Source: a virus
Strand: one strand, 5' to 3'
DNA: 64,000 nt
Virus record (IMG/VR): IMGVR_UViG_3300010397_000004
Coordinates: 1 to 64,000 of that record
Shown: positions 63,923 to 64,000 of the stretch, piece after piece
Layout: every line of letters begins with the position of its first letter
How positions within the stretch are numbered: the first letter of the stretch is position 1
Program-made: the position numbers and the translations under genes
The notes under the pieces: generated by a model
The model's input: only the letters and a program-made list of their open reading frames with translations
What the model was told of the DNA's origin: nothing
Databases searched by the model: none

Positions 63923-64000
63923 GTGCCAGCCCCCGCCGACCTGATCACCGCGTACGAGGAGCTCGTCGAGTACCGCCCGGCGTACGAAGAGGCCAAGGAC
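63923..64000 (+). CDS. Probable portal protein, 5' end only
   Basis: RBS and GTG directly after terL; MPAPADLITAYEELVEYRPAYEEAKD is open to the window edge. Confidence 0.55.
   Translation, partial: MPAPADLITAYEELVEYRPAYEEAKD

Noticed and set aside
1-64000. Integrated prophage with host flanks
   Set aside because: Arm repeats lie on both sides of the core, phage-type genes continue on both sides, and no host housekeeping genes are seen.
1-64000. Diversity-generating retroelement or retron
   Set aside because: No reverse transcriptase motifs, and no TR/VR pair noticed.

Overview
This high-GC window is almost the whole genome of a temperate actinomycete siphovirus in its excised form, because attP is intact. 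A filamentous host such as Micromonosporaceae or Streptomycetales is inferred from gene content. The window opens inside a large head-associated protein with three ADP-ribosyltransferase-like domains. It then runs through capsid, neck and tail genes (with a -1 frameshift chaperone), lysis, an accessory/regulatory island (21-27.5 kb), attP/integrase/repressor/cro, early and replication genes, a glycosyltransferase cluster, an initiator tRNA and an epimerase-Ntn-hydrolase-JAB block. It ends with the large terminase and the start of the probable portal. The most unusual signals are: (1) a proteasome-beta/HslV-like protease and a JAB/MPN isopeptidase overlapped with terL; (2) an attP carrying the 5' half of tRNA-Arg(UCU) just downstream of the repressor-integrase operon, so the restored host tRNA would be transcribed from prophage DNA; (3) a sigma-BldN-like ECF factor; (4) a tRNA-fMet with C33; (5) the triple-ART head protein followed by an Rmf-like gene; (6) a structured ~350-nt leader with covarying SD-enclosing hairpins; and (7) a dispersed CCGTTCCCC stem-loop motif near late-gene starts. 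All calls come from reading motifs by eye. No database searches were run.
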